In this document: piece after piece, positions 18,712 to 27,289 of the stretch
How the letters are laid out: each line of letters begins with the position of its first letter
Position numbering within the stretch: position 1 is the stretch's first letter
Source of the DNA: a virus
Lineage: Duplodnaviria; Caudoviricetes
IMG/VR virus record: IMGVR_UViG_3300031606_000339
Span: 36,490 to 100,489 of that record
DNA: 64,000 bases
Strand: one strand, 5' to 3'
Made by a program: the position numbers and the translations under genes
Notes under the pieces: generated by a model
Told to the model about the DNA's origin: nothing
What the model saw: only the letters and a program-made list of their open reading frames with translations
Databases searched by the model: none

Positions 18712-19670
18712 CAAAAGATTCTACCATTTTTATCGCAGGAGCTAGGGGAATGGTTGGCTCAGCCATAGCAAGGGCTCTAAAAAAAGCTGGGCACAAAAAT
18801 CTACTCACACCCAACAGGGAAGAGCTTGACCTAACGAGACAGCTAGACGTCGAAGACTTTTTTAAATCTAACAACATAGAGACAGTAATAGACTGCGCGG
18901 CAAAGGTCGGAGGAATACATTCCAACAATCTGTACAGAGCAGACTTTATATACAGCAATCTACAGATACAAAATAATGTAATCCATTCCGCCTATCAACA
19001 TGGTGTAAAAAAATTGTTATTTTTAGGCAGTTCTTGCATATACCCTAAGTTTACTGATCAGCCAATTAAGGAGGAGTACCTGCTAAGAGCTCCCCTAGAA
19101 TATACAAATGAGCCCTACTCCATAGCAAAGATTGCAGGCATTAAGATGTGCGAGTCATACTTCAAACAATATGGTTGTAATTTTTTATCCCTTATGCCGT
19201 GCAATCAATATGGTCCGAACGACAATTTCCACCCTGAAAACTCCCATGTACTACCCGCGCTCTTAAGAAAGTTCCATGAGGCTTATGTATACAATTATAA
19301 AACCGTAAAGATATGGGGAACAGGCAGGGCGAAAAGAGAATTCCTACACGTAGACGACTTAGCCTCTGCTTGCCTAACGGTATTAGATAAAGTAGAAGCG
19401 GAAGAGATGTACGGAGAAGGAATATCCCATTTCAATGCGGGCTATGGAGAAGATATTTCTATAGCCGAACTAGCGGAGAGCATAAAAGAGACCACGAAAT
19501 ACAGCGGAGACATCGAATTTGAAATAGACAAGCCAGAAGGAACGCTTAGAAAAGTTATGGACATCTCTAGACTTAAAAAATATGGATGGGAGCCACAAAT
19601 CCCCCTAAAAGAAGGCTTATCTTCAACCTATGAGTGGTTTAAGAACGCTAAGGAGGTGAGAAGCGTATGA
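18708..19670 (+). CDS. fcl: GDP-L-fucose synthase
   Basis: AGARGMVGSA, AAKVGGI, FLGSSCIYPK, EPYSIAKIAG, YGPNDNF, SHVLPAL, REFLHVDD. Confidence 0.96.
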   Translation: MTKDSTIFIAGARGMVGSAIARALKKAGHKNLLTPNREELDLTRQLDVEDFFKSNNIETVIDCAAKVGGIHSNNLYRADFIYSNLQIQNNVIHSAYQHGVKKLLFLGSSCIYPKFTDQPIKEEYLLRAPLEYTNEPYSIAKIAGIKMCESYFKQYGCNFLSLMPCNQYGPNDNFHPENSHVLPALLRKFHEAYVYNYKTVKIWGTGRAKREFLHVDDLASACLTVLDKVEAEEMYGEGISHFNAGYGEDISIAELAESIKETTKYSGDIEFEIDKPEGTLRKVMDISRLKKYGWEPQIPLKEGLSSTYEWFKNAKEVRSV

Positions 19671-20758
19671 TAAATTCTAAAACCGTATTGGTAACAGGGG
19701 TGACAGGTCAAGACGGAGCAAACATGTGCGAGTTTCTTCTAAGAATGCCGGGGTACAAGGTCTACGGCATGGTCAGAAGGTCTTCAAATCCTAACTTTAG
19801 CAACTGCAAAGCCTTCATAAACCACAACAAGTTTCAGTTGGTGCACGGAGACCTAACAGACCCAACTAGCCTAGACAATTTAGTCAGAGAAATCCAACCT
19901 GACTTCTTTATTAATTTCGCCGCGAACTCTTTCGTCGGATGCTCTTGGAACATGCCGCATCAAGTCTTCAACACCAACGCCTTGGGAGTAATAAACTGCT
20001 TGGAGGCGATTAGAAAGTTTAAGCCGCAATGTAGATTTTATAGCGCAGGTAGCAGCGAAGAATTCGGAGACGTAGACTATTTCCCGCAAGACATGAAGCA
20101 CCCCATCAAACCCCGAAGCCCATATGGGGCAGCCAAAGCAGCAGCAAGGCACATAGTAAAAGTTTACAGAGAGTCCTATGGCATGTACGCCGTACACGGC
20201 ATACTGTTCAATCATGAAGGAACCAAAAGGGGAGAAGAGTTTGTAACGAGAAAAATAACGAAAGGAGTAGCAAGGATTTACTGGGCTATAAAAAACAAAA
20301 AAGATTTTGAATCTATTAAGCTAGGAAACCTAAACGCCAAAAGAGACTGGAGCGATTCAGAGGATTTCGTAGAGGGAATCTGGTTAATGATGAACCGAAA
20401 CAAGCCGAAAGATTTTTTGTTAGCCAGTGGAAAGACTCACACGATTGCAGACTTTGTTAATGCCGCGTTTATGTGCGCCAAGATAGAGGGAACGTGGCAA
20501 GAGCTCGGAGAAGGTGTGCTTGGAGAATACGTGCCCCTACCCAAATCCGCAAAACTTATCCACAAAGACAGCGGGAAACCGCTTGTCGAAATTGATGCCA
20601 AGTTTTTTAGACCAGCAGAAATTAATTTATTACTAGGCGACCCAACGGAGGCAGTCTCAGAGCTAGGCTGGAGACCTAAAATTTCGTTTGACAAATTAGT
20701 TAAAAAAATGGTAGCATGGGATATCAATGAAGGGGAAGAAAAAACAGGTTCAACCTAA
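19667..20758 (+). CDS. gmd: GDP-mannose 4,6-dehydratase
   Basis: TGVTGQDG, PRSPYGAAK, GILFNHE, FVTRKIT, LGNLNAKRDW, FRPAE. Confidence 0.96.
   Translation: MINSKTVLVTGVTGQDGANMCEFLLRMPGYKVYGMVRRSSNPNFSNCKAFINHNKFQLVHGDLTDPTSLDNLVREIQPDFFINFAANSFVGCSWNMPHQVFNTNALGVINCLEAIRKFKPQCRFYSAGSSEEFGDVDYFPQDMKHPIKPRSPYGAAKAAARHIVKVYRESYGMYAVHGILFNHEGTKRGEEFVTRKITKGVARIYWAIKNKKDFESIKLGNLNAKRDWSDSEDFVEGIWLMMNRNKPKDFLLASGKTHTIADFVNAAFMCAKIEGTWQELGEGVLGEYVPLPKSAKLIHKDSGKPLVEIDAKFFRPAEINLLLGDPTEAVSELGWRPKISFDKLVKKMVAWDINEGEEKTGST
20688..20717 (+). promoter_or_regulatory. Sigma70-type promoter inside the 3' end of gmd
   Basis: TTGACA-18-TAGCAT with extended TG; ATG 20727 is 9 nt downstream. Confidence 0.55.
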
Positions 20759-21170
20759 GAGATTGATTTTTGACAAAAAGGGCAAGCCGCCCGTAGTTAA
20801 AAACAAATATCAATTAATGGTTTGGCAACTTTTAAAAATACCCGACGATTTATCAAGAAACGAATGGATGAGGGAAGTAAAAATAGGGAAGGATTTATTC
20901 GAAGAGTATCCCGACGAAAAGTTTTGGAGTCAACTAGATTTAGGTTTTTATTTAAATTCTTTAGCCTTTTTTAAAAGAAAAGAGGGCTCAGAAACCTTAA
21001 GAGAAGCGAGGTCAAAATACGTTGGCTTCCTAAATATAGACGTCCAGCCAAAAGAGAAAATTAAATTAGAGAAGAATAAGATAGGAAACGACACTGTAAT
21101 ACAGAAAAGGGGGAAAAACTTTAAAGATGTATTTGACTTCTTAAAAAATTATGGCCAAAAAACAAAATGA
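20727..21170 (+). CDS. Hypothetical basic protein
   Basis: 147-aa Lys-rich ORF with its own putative promoter. Confidence 0.65.
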   Translation: MKGKKKQVQPKRLIFDKKGKPPVVKNKYQLMVWQLLKIPDDLSRNEWMREVKIGKDLFEEYPDEKFWSQLDLGFYLNSLAFFKRKEGSETLREARSKYVGFLNIDVQPKEKIKLEKNKIGNDTVIQKRGKNFKDVFDFLKNYGQKTK

Positions 21171-22482
21171 AGTGAAGGTCTGTCTTTGGACCCACGTACA
21201 AGATGAGTCTGCGATCATAGAGAAAATGCTCGAGAGTTGCGCGGATTATATCGACTATTGGGTGCTGGTTGATAACGGCTCCAAAGACAACACTAAGGAA
21301 CTTATCCAAAACCTCTTTGATAAAAAGGGTATTCCCGGGAAACTCTACGATAGCGAGATCGGCTGGAAAGGGCACGGCATTAATAGACAGCATTCGTGGG
21401 ACCTCCTGACTAAAACTGACCACGGGTGCGACTACATTTTAAGAGTAGATGCGGACGAGGGGATTCTCGTCGAAGACGACTTTGATTGGTCAATCATAAA
21501 GCAAAAAGAAGCTTGGCACATCACAATGAAGTCGGACAACCACTGCATAGCTAGAATGTGGATGTGGAAGTGGGGTCTCCCGTGGTTTTGGGCTGAAGAC
21601 GTTGCCCATGAAACCATACATCTAAAGAAGCACCTTGACGCGGGAAAAGAAGAGACAAGAAGCCCAGACGTAGGAATGATGCCGCAGGACTTTGTGCACA
21701 TACCTATGGGGGGAGGCAAAAGCTACGAAAACCCAATCAAATATATACAAGACGTTCTGAGGTTAGAAAATCAGATTTTTGAAAGACTACGCGACGGAAG
21801 CACGCTGGAAAAAGAAGCGTACCACCTTTATTATCTTTGTCAGTCTTTTAATTATGCGGGAATGGATTCAAATTCAGAATATCACTGTGACCTATTCCCG
21901 TATGGTCGCGAAAACGCCATAGAGTTTAACAAAAGGGGAATCTTTTACTGGACTAAGTACATGGAGAACTTCGGGGAAGACTGGTACGTCCTTAAAGAAA
22001 GGGGGTACCTTCACAAGTTCGCTGGAGACAAGCGGCTAGCGATTAAAGACTGGATTAAGTCTTACTCACTAAACCCCAAGAGATCCGAGTCCCTCTTCGA
22101 GGCTGTCCGGTCTCTTTTCGAAATCGGAGAGTATTCTATGGCAGCGAAGTTAGGGAAAAAATTATTAGACATCAAGTGCCCATACCCTGAAGACACTTAC
22201 TTCGTTGAGTATAATAAATACCACGATACCGGCTGGTGGGTTGGAGACTTGGTAGCGAGAAGCCTCCATAAGATAGGAATGGAAACCGAAGATAAGGCTC
22301 CAGTTAAAATGGCAGATAAGATAATTGAACAGCTTTTAAAAAGGAAGGAGATAGAAGAGGAGACGAGGGAAATGTTTTCTGATTACAGGGGGTTTTTTAA
22401 GTCTTTCCTATTAAACGCAAACAAGGTCAGCGTTATCGCTTCTGAGCCGGAAAGGGAAAAGAAGGGCTCGACCGGTGTCTGA
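21151..22482 (+). CDS. GT2 glycosyltransferase with C-terminal TPR-like helices
   Basis: VQDESAIIEKML, VDNGSKDNT, VDADE, VAHE; C-terminal YYL.QS, A...WIKSY..NPKRSESL TPR-like segments. Confidence 0.8.
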   Translation: MAKKQNEVKVCLWTHVQDESAIIEKMLESCADYIDYWVLVDNGSKDNTKELIQNLFDKKGIPGKLYDSEIGWKGHGINRQHSWDLLTKTDHGCDYILRVDADEGILVEDDFDWSIIKQKEAWHITMKSDNHCIARMWMWKWGLPWFWAEDVAHETIHLKKHLDAGKEETRSPDVGMMPQDFVHIPMGGGKSYENPIKYIQDVLRLENQIFERLRDGSTLEKEAYHLYYLCQSFNYAGMDSNSEYHCDLFPYGRENAIEFNKRGIFYWTKYMENFGEDWYVLKERGYLHKFAGDKRLAIKDWIKSYSLNPKRSESLFEAVRSLFEIGEYSMAAKLGKKLLDIKCPYPEDTYFVEYNKYHDTGWWVGDLVARSLHKIGMETEDKAPVKMADKIIEQLLKRKEIEEETREMFSDYRGFFKSFLLNANKVSVIASEPEREKKGSTGV

Positions 22483-22612
22483 AGATAAATTTCAATTAGT
22501 TTTAGAGTTACTAAAACAACAAGCCGAGACTCTACAGTCAATAAAGTGGATGCTAGCTTCTATCGGAATAGCTATATTGTGGCAATGGATTCGTGGGGGA
22601 GATAAGAAATGA
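22475..22612 (+). CDS. 45-aa membrane micro-protein (not in the ORF track)
   Basis: GTG start; MSEDKFQLVLELLKQQAETLQSIKWMLASIGIAILWQWIRGGDKK; overlaps the upstream stop and has an ATGA overlap with the next gene. Confidence 0.65.
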   Translation: MSEDKFQLVLELLKQQAETLQSIKWMLASIGIAILWQWIRGGDKK

Positions 22613-23184
22613 GACTAGACCACATTGCCTACAGAGTAAATAACAGATATAAAACCGCCACCTTCTTCAGAGAGGCTTTCGGCTACGCTCTCGGAACCGA
22701 ATTCCGAATTGAATTTGATGACGGTAGCGGGGCTGACTGCCTAGCGTTAGAGCCACCAGAGACAAGGCATCCAGATACAGACAGCTGGTCCTATAAGGCG
22801 TTGATGGGAACACATTTAGCGGGACCAGTAGACCCAGTATACAGCGTTCATTGCGAGTTTCATGCGCCTCCAGAAATTTTTGTGAGTGACGGGACAGAGG
22901 GCTCAATTGTCGGAGACTGGGTAAAAGAAAGGGGCAATGTAGGAGGAATACACCACATAGCCTACCAAGTAGAAGACGTGAAGACTGTTATGGACGAGTG
23001 GAAGAAAAAAAGGTATGCTGAATTTTACTCAGAGAAGCCAATCACTTGCGAAGACCCAAGCCTAACTCAGGTTTTCACAAAGCCCTCTGAGCTAACGGGA
23101 GTAATATATGAATTTATTAATAGAGAAGGCGCGGGATTTTGTAAAGGCAGCGTTAAAGAGCTCATGGAAAGCACTAAAGGATAA
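22609..23184 (+). CDS. VOC-superfamily protein resembling the catalytic C-domain of 4-hydroxyphenylpyruvate dioxygenase
   Basis: LDHIAY, GGIHHIAY, LTQVFTKP, IYEFINR, GFCKGSVKELM parallel the HPPD motifs DH, GVQHIA, LLQIFTKP, FEIIQR, GFG.GNF.AL. Confidence 0.75.
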   Translation: MRLDHIAYRVNNRYKTATFFREAFGYALGTEFRIEFDDGSGADCLALEPPETRHPDTDSWSYKALMGTHLAGPVDPVYSVHCEFHAPPEIFVSDGTEGSIVGDWVKERGNVGGIHHIAYQVEDVKTVMDEWKKKRYAEFYSEKPITCEDPSLTQVFTKPSELTGVIYEFINREGAGFCKGSVKELMESTKG

Positions 23185-23191
23185 TAATGAT

Positions 23192-24730
23192 ATGAGAGAC
23201 TTTGAAGGGAGAAATTACATAAACGGAGAATGGAGAGCTACTTCAGAAATGTACACTAAGATTAATCCTGCAACAGGAAAAGCTCAAGGAGCGTACCCGA
23301 ATAGCGGACCGAGCGAAGTGAGTAAAGCTGTTCTCTCAGCAAGGAAAGCTTTTAAAAAATGGAGGAAAGTCAGCAGGTTCGTGCGTTCAGACTACATGAA
23401 CAAAGTAGCTCAACTGATCGAAGAAAGAAAAGAAAAGCTAGCTAAGGTGATCTCGTTGGAGACCGGAAAAAACTACAACGAATCTATCGCAGAGGTTAAC
23501 GAAGCCCTGCACATGGCGCAATTTGCTTTTGGGTCTGGCCGCTATTCCCACGGGGAAGCGGTAGCCTCAGAGATAGAAGATAAAGATTCTTATATGCTTC
23601 GCAAGCCCAAAGGTGTAATAGCTATTGTAACGCCTTTTAATTTTCCGCTGGCAATTGGTATGTTTTGGAACGCAGCCCCAGCGCTAGTTGAAGGAAATAC
23701 CATAGTAATTAAACCAAGTGAAGATGCTCCGATGTCAACTCAAATGGCTGTCCAAATTTATGCGGACGCTGGTATCCCACGCGGCGTCGTTAATTTGGTG
23801 CATGGCGACGGCGGTGCTGGCGATCTTTTGGTTCATGATGATGTCGATCATATTTGCTTTACTGGCAGTGCCGACGTCGGGCAACACATTCGTAAAGTGG
23901 CTGCAGAGTCTTGGCATAAAACTACCTCCTGTGAATTAGGGAGCAAGTCTGCCTGCATCATCTTTGACGACGTTGAATTTAAATTGGGCATGGAAGCAGC
24001 AGTGGCTAGCGCTTTTAAGTTGTCCGGACAACGCTGCGTTTCCTCTGGAAGAATGATTGTCCAAAGAACCATCTATGACCAGTTCGCCAAGGCGTTCGCA
24101 GAGGAAGCTTCCAAATTAAAAACAGGAAACCCACTCAGGTCTAATCTTGGCACCTCTGGTTGCCCCGACGGCATGGTTTGGGAAGAGCTTGTGCCGAATG
24201 AAGACATCTATTATGGTCCAATCATTAACGAACAAGGTTTTAATAAGATAAAAAAATATAACGACATGGTTTTGTCAGACCCAAAAGCGGAAGTCCTATT
24301 GGAGCCAGAATATGAGACAGTAAACGATAAAGCTTTTTATTGCACTCCAACAGTCTACAAGTCTGAATGGAGAGGGCATGAAGCGCCCTACCTAAGAGAA
24401 GAAGTGTTTGGTCCTCACGTGGCCATCATACCCTTTGACACAATCGAAGACGCAATAAGAATATACAACGACACAGAGTATGGTCTCTCTGTTGGAGTGT
24501 TGACTAATGACTTTAGGAAAGCCCGCATAATGAGGGACGAATGTGATGCCGGAATGATTTACTGGAACGGTGGCTCTATCGCGGCGGAATCTCACCTTGC
24601 TTTCGGGGGGGTGAAAAAATCCGGTAATGGCTTCCCAAGCGCAGCCAGAACATTCAGGGCAGTCACCCATGAAATAAGTTGGACAGTTAACCACGCAGAC
24701 AAATTAACTTTTCCCCAAGGAATGAAATGA
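23192..24730 (+). CDS. Aldehyde dehydrogenase
   Basis: NYINGEW, PFNFP, KPSE, FTGS, CELGSK, SGQRC, EEVFGP, YGLS, FGGVKKSG; start placed at MRDFEG (23192). Confidence 0.95.
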   Translation: MRDFEGRNYINGEWRATSEMYTKINPATGKAQGAYPNSGPSEVSKAVLSARKAFKKWRKVSRFVRSDYMNKVAQLIEERKEKLAKVISLETGKNYNESIAEVNEALHMAQFAFGSGRYSHGEAVASEIEDKDSYMLRKPKGVIAIVTPFNFPLAIGMFWNAAPALVEGNTIVIKPSEDAPMSTQMAVQIYADAGIPRGVVNLVHGDGGAGDLLVHDDVDHICFTGSADVGQHIRKVAAESWHKTTSCELGSKSACIIFDDVEFKLGMEAAVASAFKLSGQRCVSSGRMIVQRTIYDQFAKAFAEEASKLKTGNPLRSNLGTSGCPDGMVWEELVPNEDIYYGPIINEQGFNKIKKYNDMVLSDPKAEVLLEPEYETVNDKAFYCTPTVYKSEWRGHEAPYLREEVFGPHVAIIPFDTIEDAIRIYNDTEYGLSVGVLTNDFRKARIMRDECDAGMIYWNGGSIAAESHLAFGGVKKSGNGFPSAARTFRAVTHEISWTVNHADKLTFPQGMK

Positions 24731-25080
24731 GTTGGAAAGATTTAGCCCCAGACATATGCAGGCAGAGAATGGTTGTAGAAGGAACTTTGCACAACTCCTT
24801 CTCGCCCGAAGAAATGAAAACATTCTGTTGCGAAATATCAACAGTATTAGACATGACGCCTGTTTCCAAGCCTCAAATAGACCACGCAGAAGAATACGGA
24901 TGGTGTTGCTTTATGCACTGGAAAGAGAGCGGCATGCACATCTACGGTTGGGACAACAGAGATCCAAAGTTTTTTTCAATTGATATTTATACATGTAAAA
25001 AATTTAAATGCTCGGAGGTAATTGGATATACCACAGAGTTCTTTGGAGACAACCTAGTTGAGCTAACTTGGAGGGAATAA
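24727..25080 (+). CDS. Pyruvoyl-dependent decarboxylase proenzyme, AdoMetDC (SpeD)-like, divergent
   Basis: W.ES self-cleavage site, W....F.SIDIYTCK.F; canonical ESHxxxHTW is ESGMHIYGW here. Confidence 0.75.
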   Translation: MSWKDLAPDICRQRMVVEGTLHNSFSPEEMKTFCCEISTVLDMTPVSKPQIDHAEEYGWCCFMHWKESGMHIYGWDNRDPKFFSIDIYTCKKFKCSEVIGYTTEFFGDNLVELTWRE

Positions 25081-25081
25081 A

Positions 25082-26173
25082 ATGAAAGCAGTAATTTATG
25101 GAGTAGGCAGAATGGGTCAAGTAATTGGCTATGCAATGGACAAGTTCGGCTATGACATTATGGGCGTCGATGTTCATCGTGACGGCATAGATAATCTCCG
25201 AGACCTAGTTGGCAAAGACATATCTTTTTCTTTAAACCCTGCGGAGTTTGACTCCGTATTGCATTATGAGCCAGACGTAATTATATCGTCACTGCCTTAT
25301 CATAAAACTGAAGCGGTAGCGAAATGGTGCATCGACAACAACATGCGGTACTGCGACCTAGGCGGAAGAGTAGACGTTTCCGCGAGCATTAATGAGTGGG
25401 GTAGACAGCGGGCAACTAAACCAATTTTTACAGACCTTGGCTTGGCTCCCGGCTGGGTTAATATACTTGCGGAGCAAGGAAGCAAAGAAATACACAGGGA
25501 AGTAAAAGAAGTCGAAATGATGGTGGGGGGCATTCCCGGCATACCCTCTAATCCGCCCTTGAACTACGCAGTGACTTGGTCTACGGACGGATTAATAAAC
25601 GAGTACATTGATGATTGTGAAGTCCTTTATCAAGGGGAAATTAAATCTGTGCCCGGAATGGATGGTCTAGAGACGGTCCATATAGATTTGATTGACGAAG
25701 ACATGGAGGCATTTTTTACTAGCGGGGGCGCAAGCCACACTCTTGAAAGCATGAAAGCGCGTGGGGTAGAAAATTGTTTTTATAAAACTATTAGGTGGCC
25801 GGGTCACTGCGAGGCAATTAAATTTTTAATTAAAACGTGCGATCTTTCTGAGGAGTGCTTGATGGAAGTGTTCAAAAAAGGCTGCGCCGATAACGGTGGA
25901 GACATTGTGCTTATCAGAGCCTTGGTAAAGTCTGATGAGGTTAGCTGGAAAAAAGAAAAAATTATTCCATGCGATCCAGCGACAGGCTTTAGCGCGATGC
26001 AAAGATCAACAGCATTCCCCATTTCTTCTATTGCAAAAATCATGGCAGAGGGTTACTTTGATAATCGAGTAACTCAAAACCGTGTCGGAGAGACAAAACT
26101 GCCTATAGTTTTAAATTATTCCGATATACCTTTCGATGAGTTTAACAAGAACCTAGAGACACTAGGCATTTAA
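25082..26173 (+). CDS. Saccharopine dehydrogenase / lysine 6-dehydrogenase family oxidoreductase
   Basis: YGVGRMG, SSLPY, YCDLGG, GLAPG, VGGIP..P.NY..TWS.DGLINEY, EAFFTSGG, YKTIRWPGH, SAMQRST. Confidence 0.9.
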   Translation: MKAVIYGVGRMGQVIGYAMDKFGYDIMGVDVHRDGIDNLRDLVGKDISFSLNPAEFDSVLHYEPDVIISSLPYHKTEAVAKWCIDNNMRYCDLGGRVDVSASINEWGRQRATKPIFTDLGLAPGWVNILAEQGSKEIHREVKEVEMMVGGIPGIPSNPPLNYAVTWSTDGLINEYIDDCEVLYQGEIKSVPGMDGLETVHIDLIDEDMEAFFTSGGASHTLESMKARGVENCFYKTIRWPGHCEAIKFLIKTCDLSEECLMEVFKKGCADNGGDIVLIRALVKSDEVSWKKEKIIPCDPATGFSAMQRSTAFPISSIAKIMAEGYFDNRVTQNRVGETKLPIVLNYSDIPFDEFNKNLETLGI

Positions 26174-26179
26174 TAAGGC

Positions 26180-27271
26180 ATGAAGAAAAAACCAGCCAAT
26201 GACGCTCCTTCCCCCTTGGAGCAAATACAGGCGTATTTAAATCAGAATAAGGGAGACCATTTTAACTTTGAAGAAGAGCGCACCTACACTGTGTCAAGCG
26301 GCTCCCTGCTTCTAGACATTGAAATGGGAGGAGGGATAGGTCCGGGTATTATACGAGCCTCAGGAATCACTGAAGGAGGTAAAACTTCCTGCGCTTTAGC
26401 TTTCGCTAAGAACTTTCAAAAAATGGACAACGCAATGGTTGTTTACGTGAAGTCTGAGGGCAGGCTTTCTAAAGACATGATAGCGCGGTCAGGAGTTAGC
26501 ACTGAAGAGGAGAAATGGTTTGTCTATAAAAGCAATGTATACGAATCAGTAATTAGCTTAATGAGGGAGCTCGTAAAGAACAACCCCTCAAACACTAAAT
26601 ACATGTTCATTATCGACTCCATGGACTCTCTTGTGCCAAAAAACGACTTGGACAAACCGCCAGAAGAAGCTAACAAAGTCGCTGGAGGAGCTCTATTAAG
26701 TACTGATTTTTTGAGAAAGATGGCTCTTGGTCTCACGATCCGTGGACACATTTGTTACATGGTGTCGCAGGTAAGAAGTAAGGTTTCGATAAACCCCTAC
26801 GAAAGGACAGACGCGAGAGTGACTAACGCTTCAGGAGGGAATGCCCTACTTCATTTTAGCGATTGGATTTTAGAGTTTCAACATCGACACCTAAAAGATG
26901 TAATTTCTACCGAAGCGAATGGTAAGGGCGACTTGCTGGGGCACTGGTGCAAGGTTGTATTCAGGAAAACCCCGAACGAAAAGACAGGGGCATTAGTTAG
27001 GTACCCAATACGCTACCATAGACTCGATGGCAAAAGCATTTGGGTGGAATACGAGGTGGTAGACATGCTCCTAGCCTTTGACATGGCAAAAAAGGCTGGT
27101 GCATGGGTAACGATTTCAGACGAACTAGTAGGAGAGGTAGAAAAAGAAACTAACCTCGAATTTAAAAAGCAACACCAAGGGATGGATAATTTAAGAAAAT
27201 ACTTTGAAGAAAACCCCATGATTGGTAAGTATTTGTTCAATAAATTTAGAGAAGTTCTTAAGAAATCTTGA
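26180..27271 (+). CDS. recA: RecA/UvsX-family recombinase
   Basis: SSGSLLLD..MGGG, GITEGGKTS Walker A, IIDS Walker B, SQVR, SGGNAL.HF. Confidence 0.88.
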   Translation: MKKKPANDAPSPLEQIQAYLNQNKGDHFNFEEERTYTVSSGSLLLDIEMGGGIGPGIIRASGITEGGKTSCALAFAKNFQKMDNAMVVYVKSEGRLSKDMIARSGVSTEEEKWFVYKSNVYESVISLMRELVKNNPSNTKYMFIIDSMDSLVPKNDLDKPPEEANKVAGGALLSTDFLRKMALGLTIRGHICYMVSQVRSKVSINPYERTDARVTNASGGNALLHFSDWILEFQHRHLKDVISTEANGKGDLLGHWCKVVFRKTPNEKTGALVRYPIRYHRLDGKSIWVEYEVVDMLLAFDMAKKAGAWVTISDELVGEVEKETNLEFKKQHQGMDNLRKYFEENPMIGKYLFNKFREVLKKS

Positions 27272-27289
27272 TAAAGAACATGATTCCCT

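Noticed and set aside
6128-22482. Bacterial chromosomal LPS/capsule locus
   Set aside because: No flippase, polymerase, ligase or transporter; flanked by phage-style replication and structural blocks without housekeeping genes
22499-22517. GTTTTAGAGTTACTAAAAC, resembling the start of a Cas9-type CRISPR repeat and forming a 7-bp inverted repeat
   Set aside because: Single copy with no spacers, lying inside the 45-aa ORF; chance similarity is likely, although an operator cannot be excluded
23108-23191. N-terminal extension of the ALDH ORF (also 32861-32953 for DnaE)
   Set aside because: Both overlap upstream genes; homology-like sequence starts at 23192 and 32954, the latter with a strong SD
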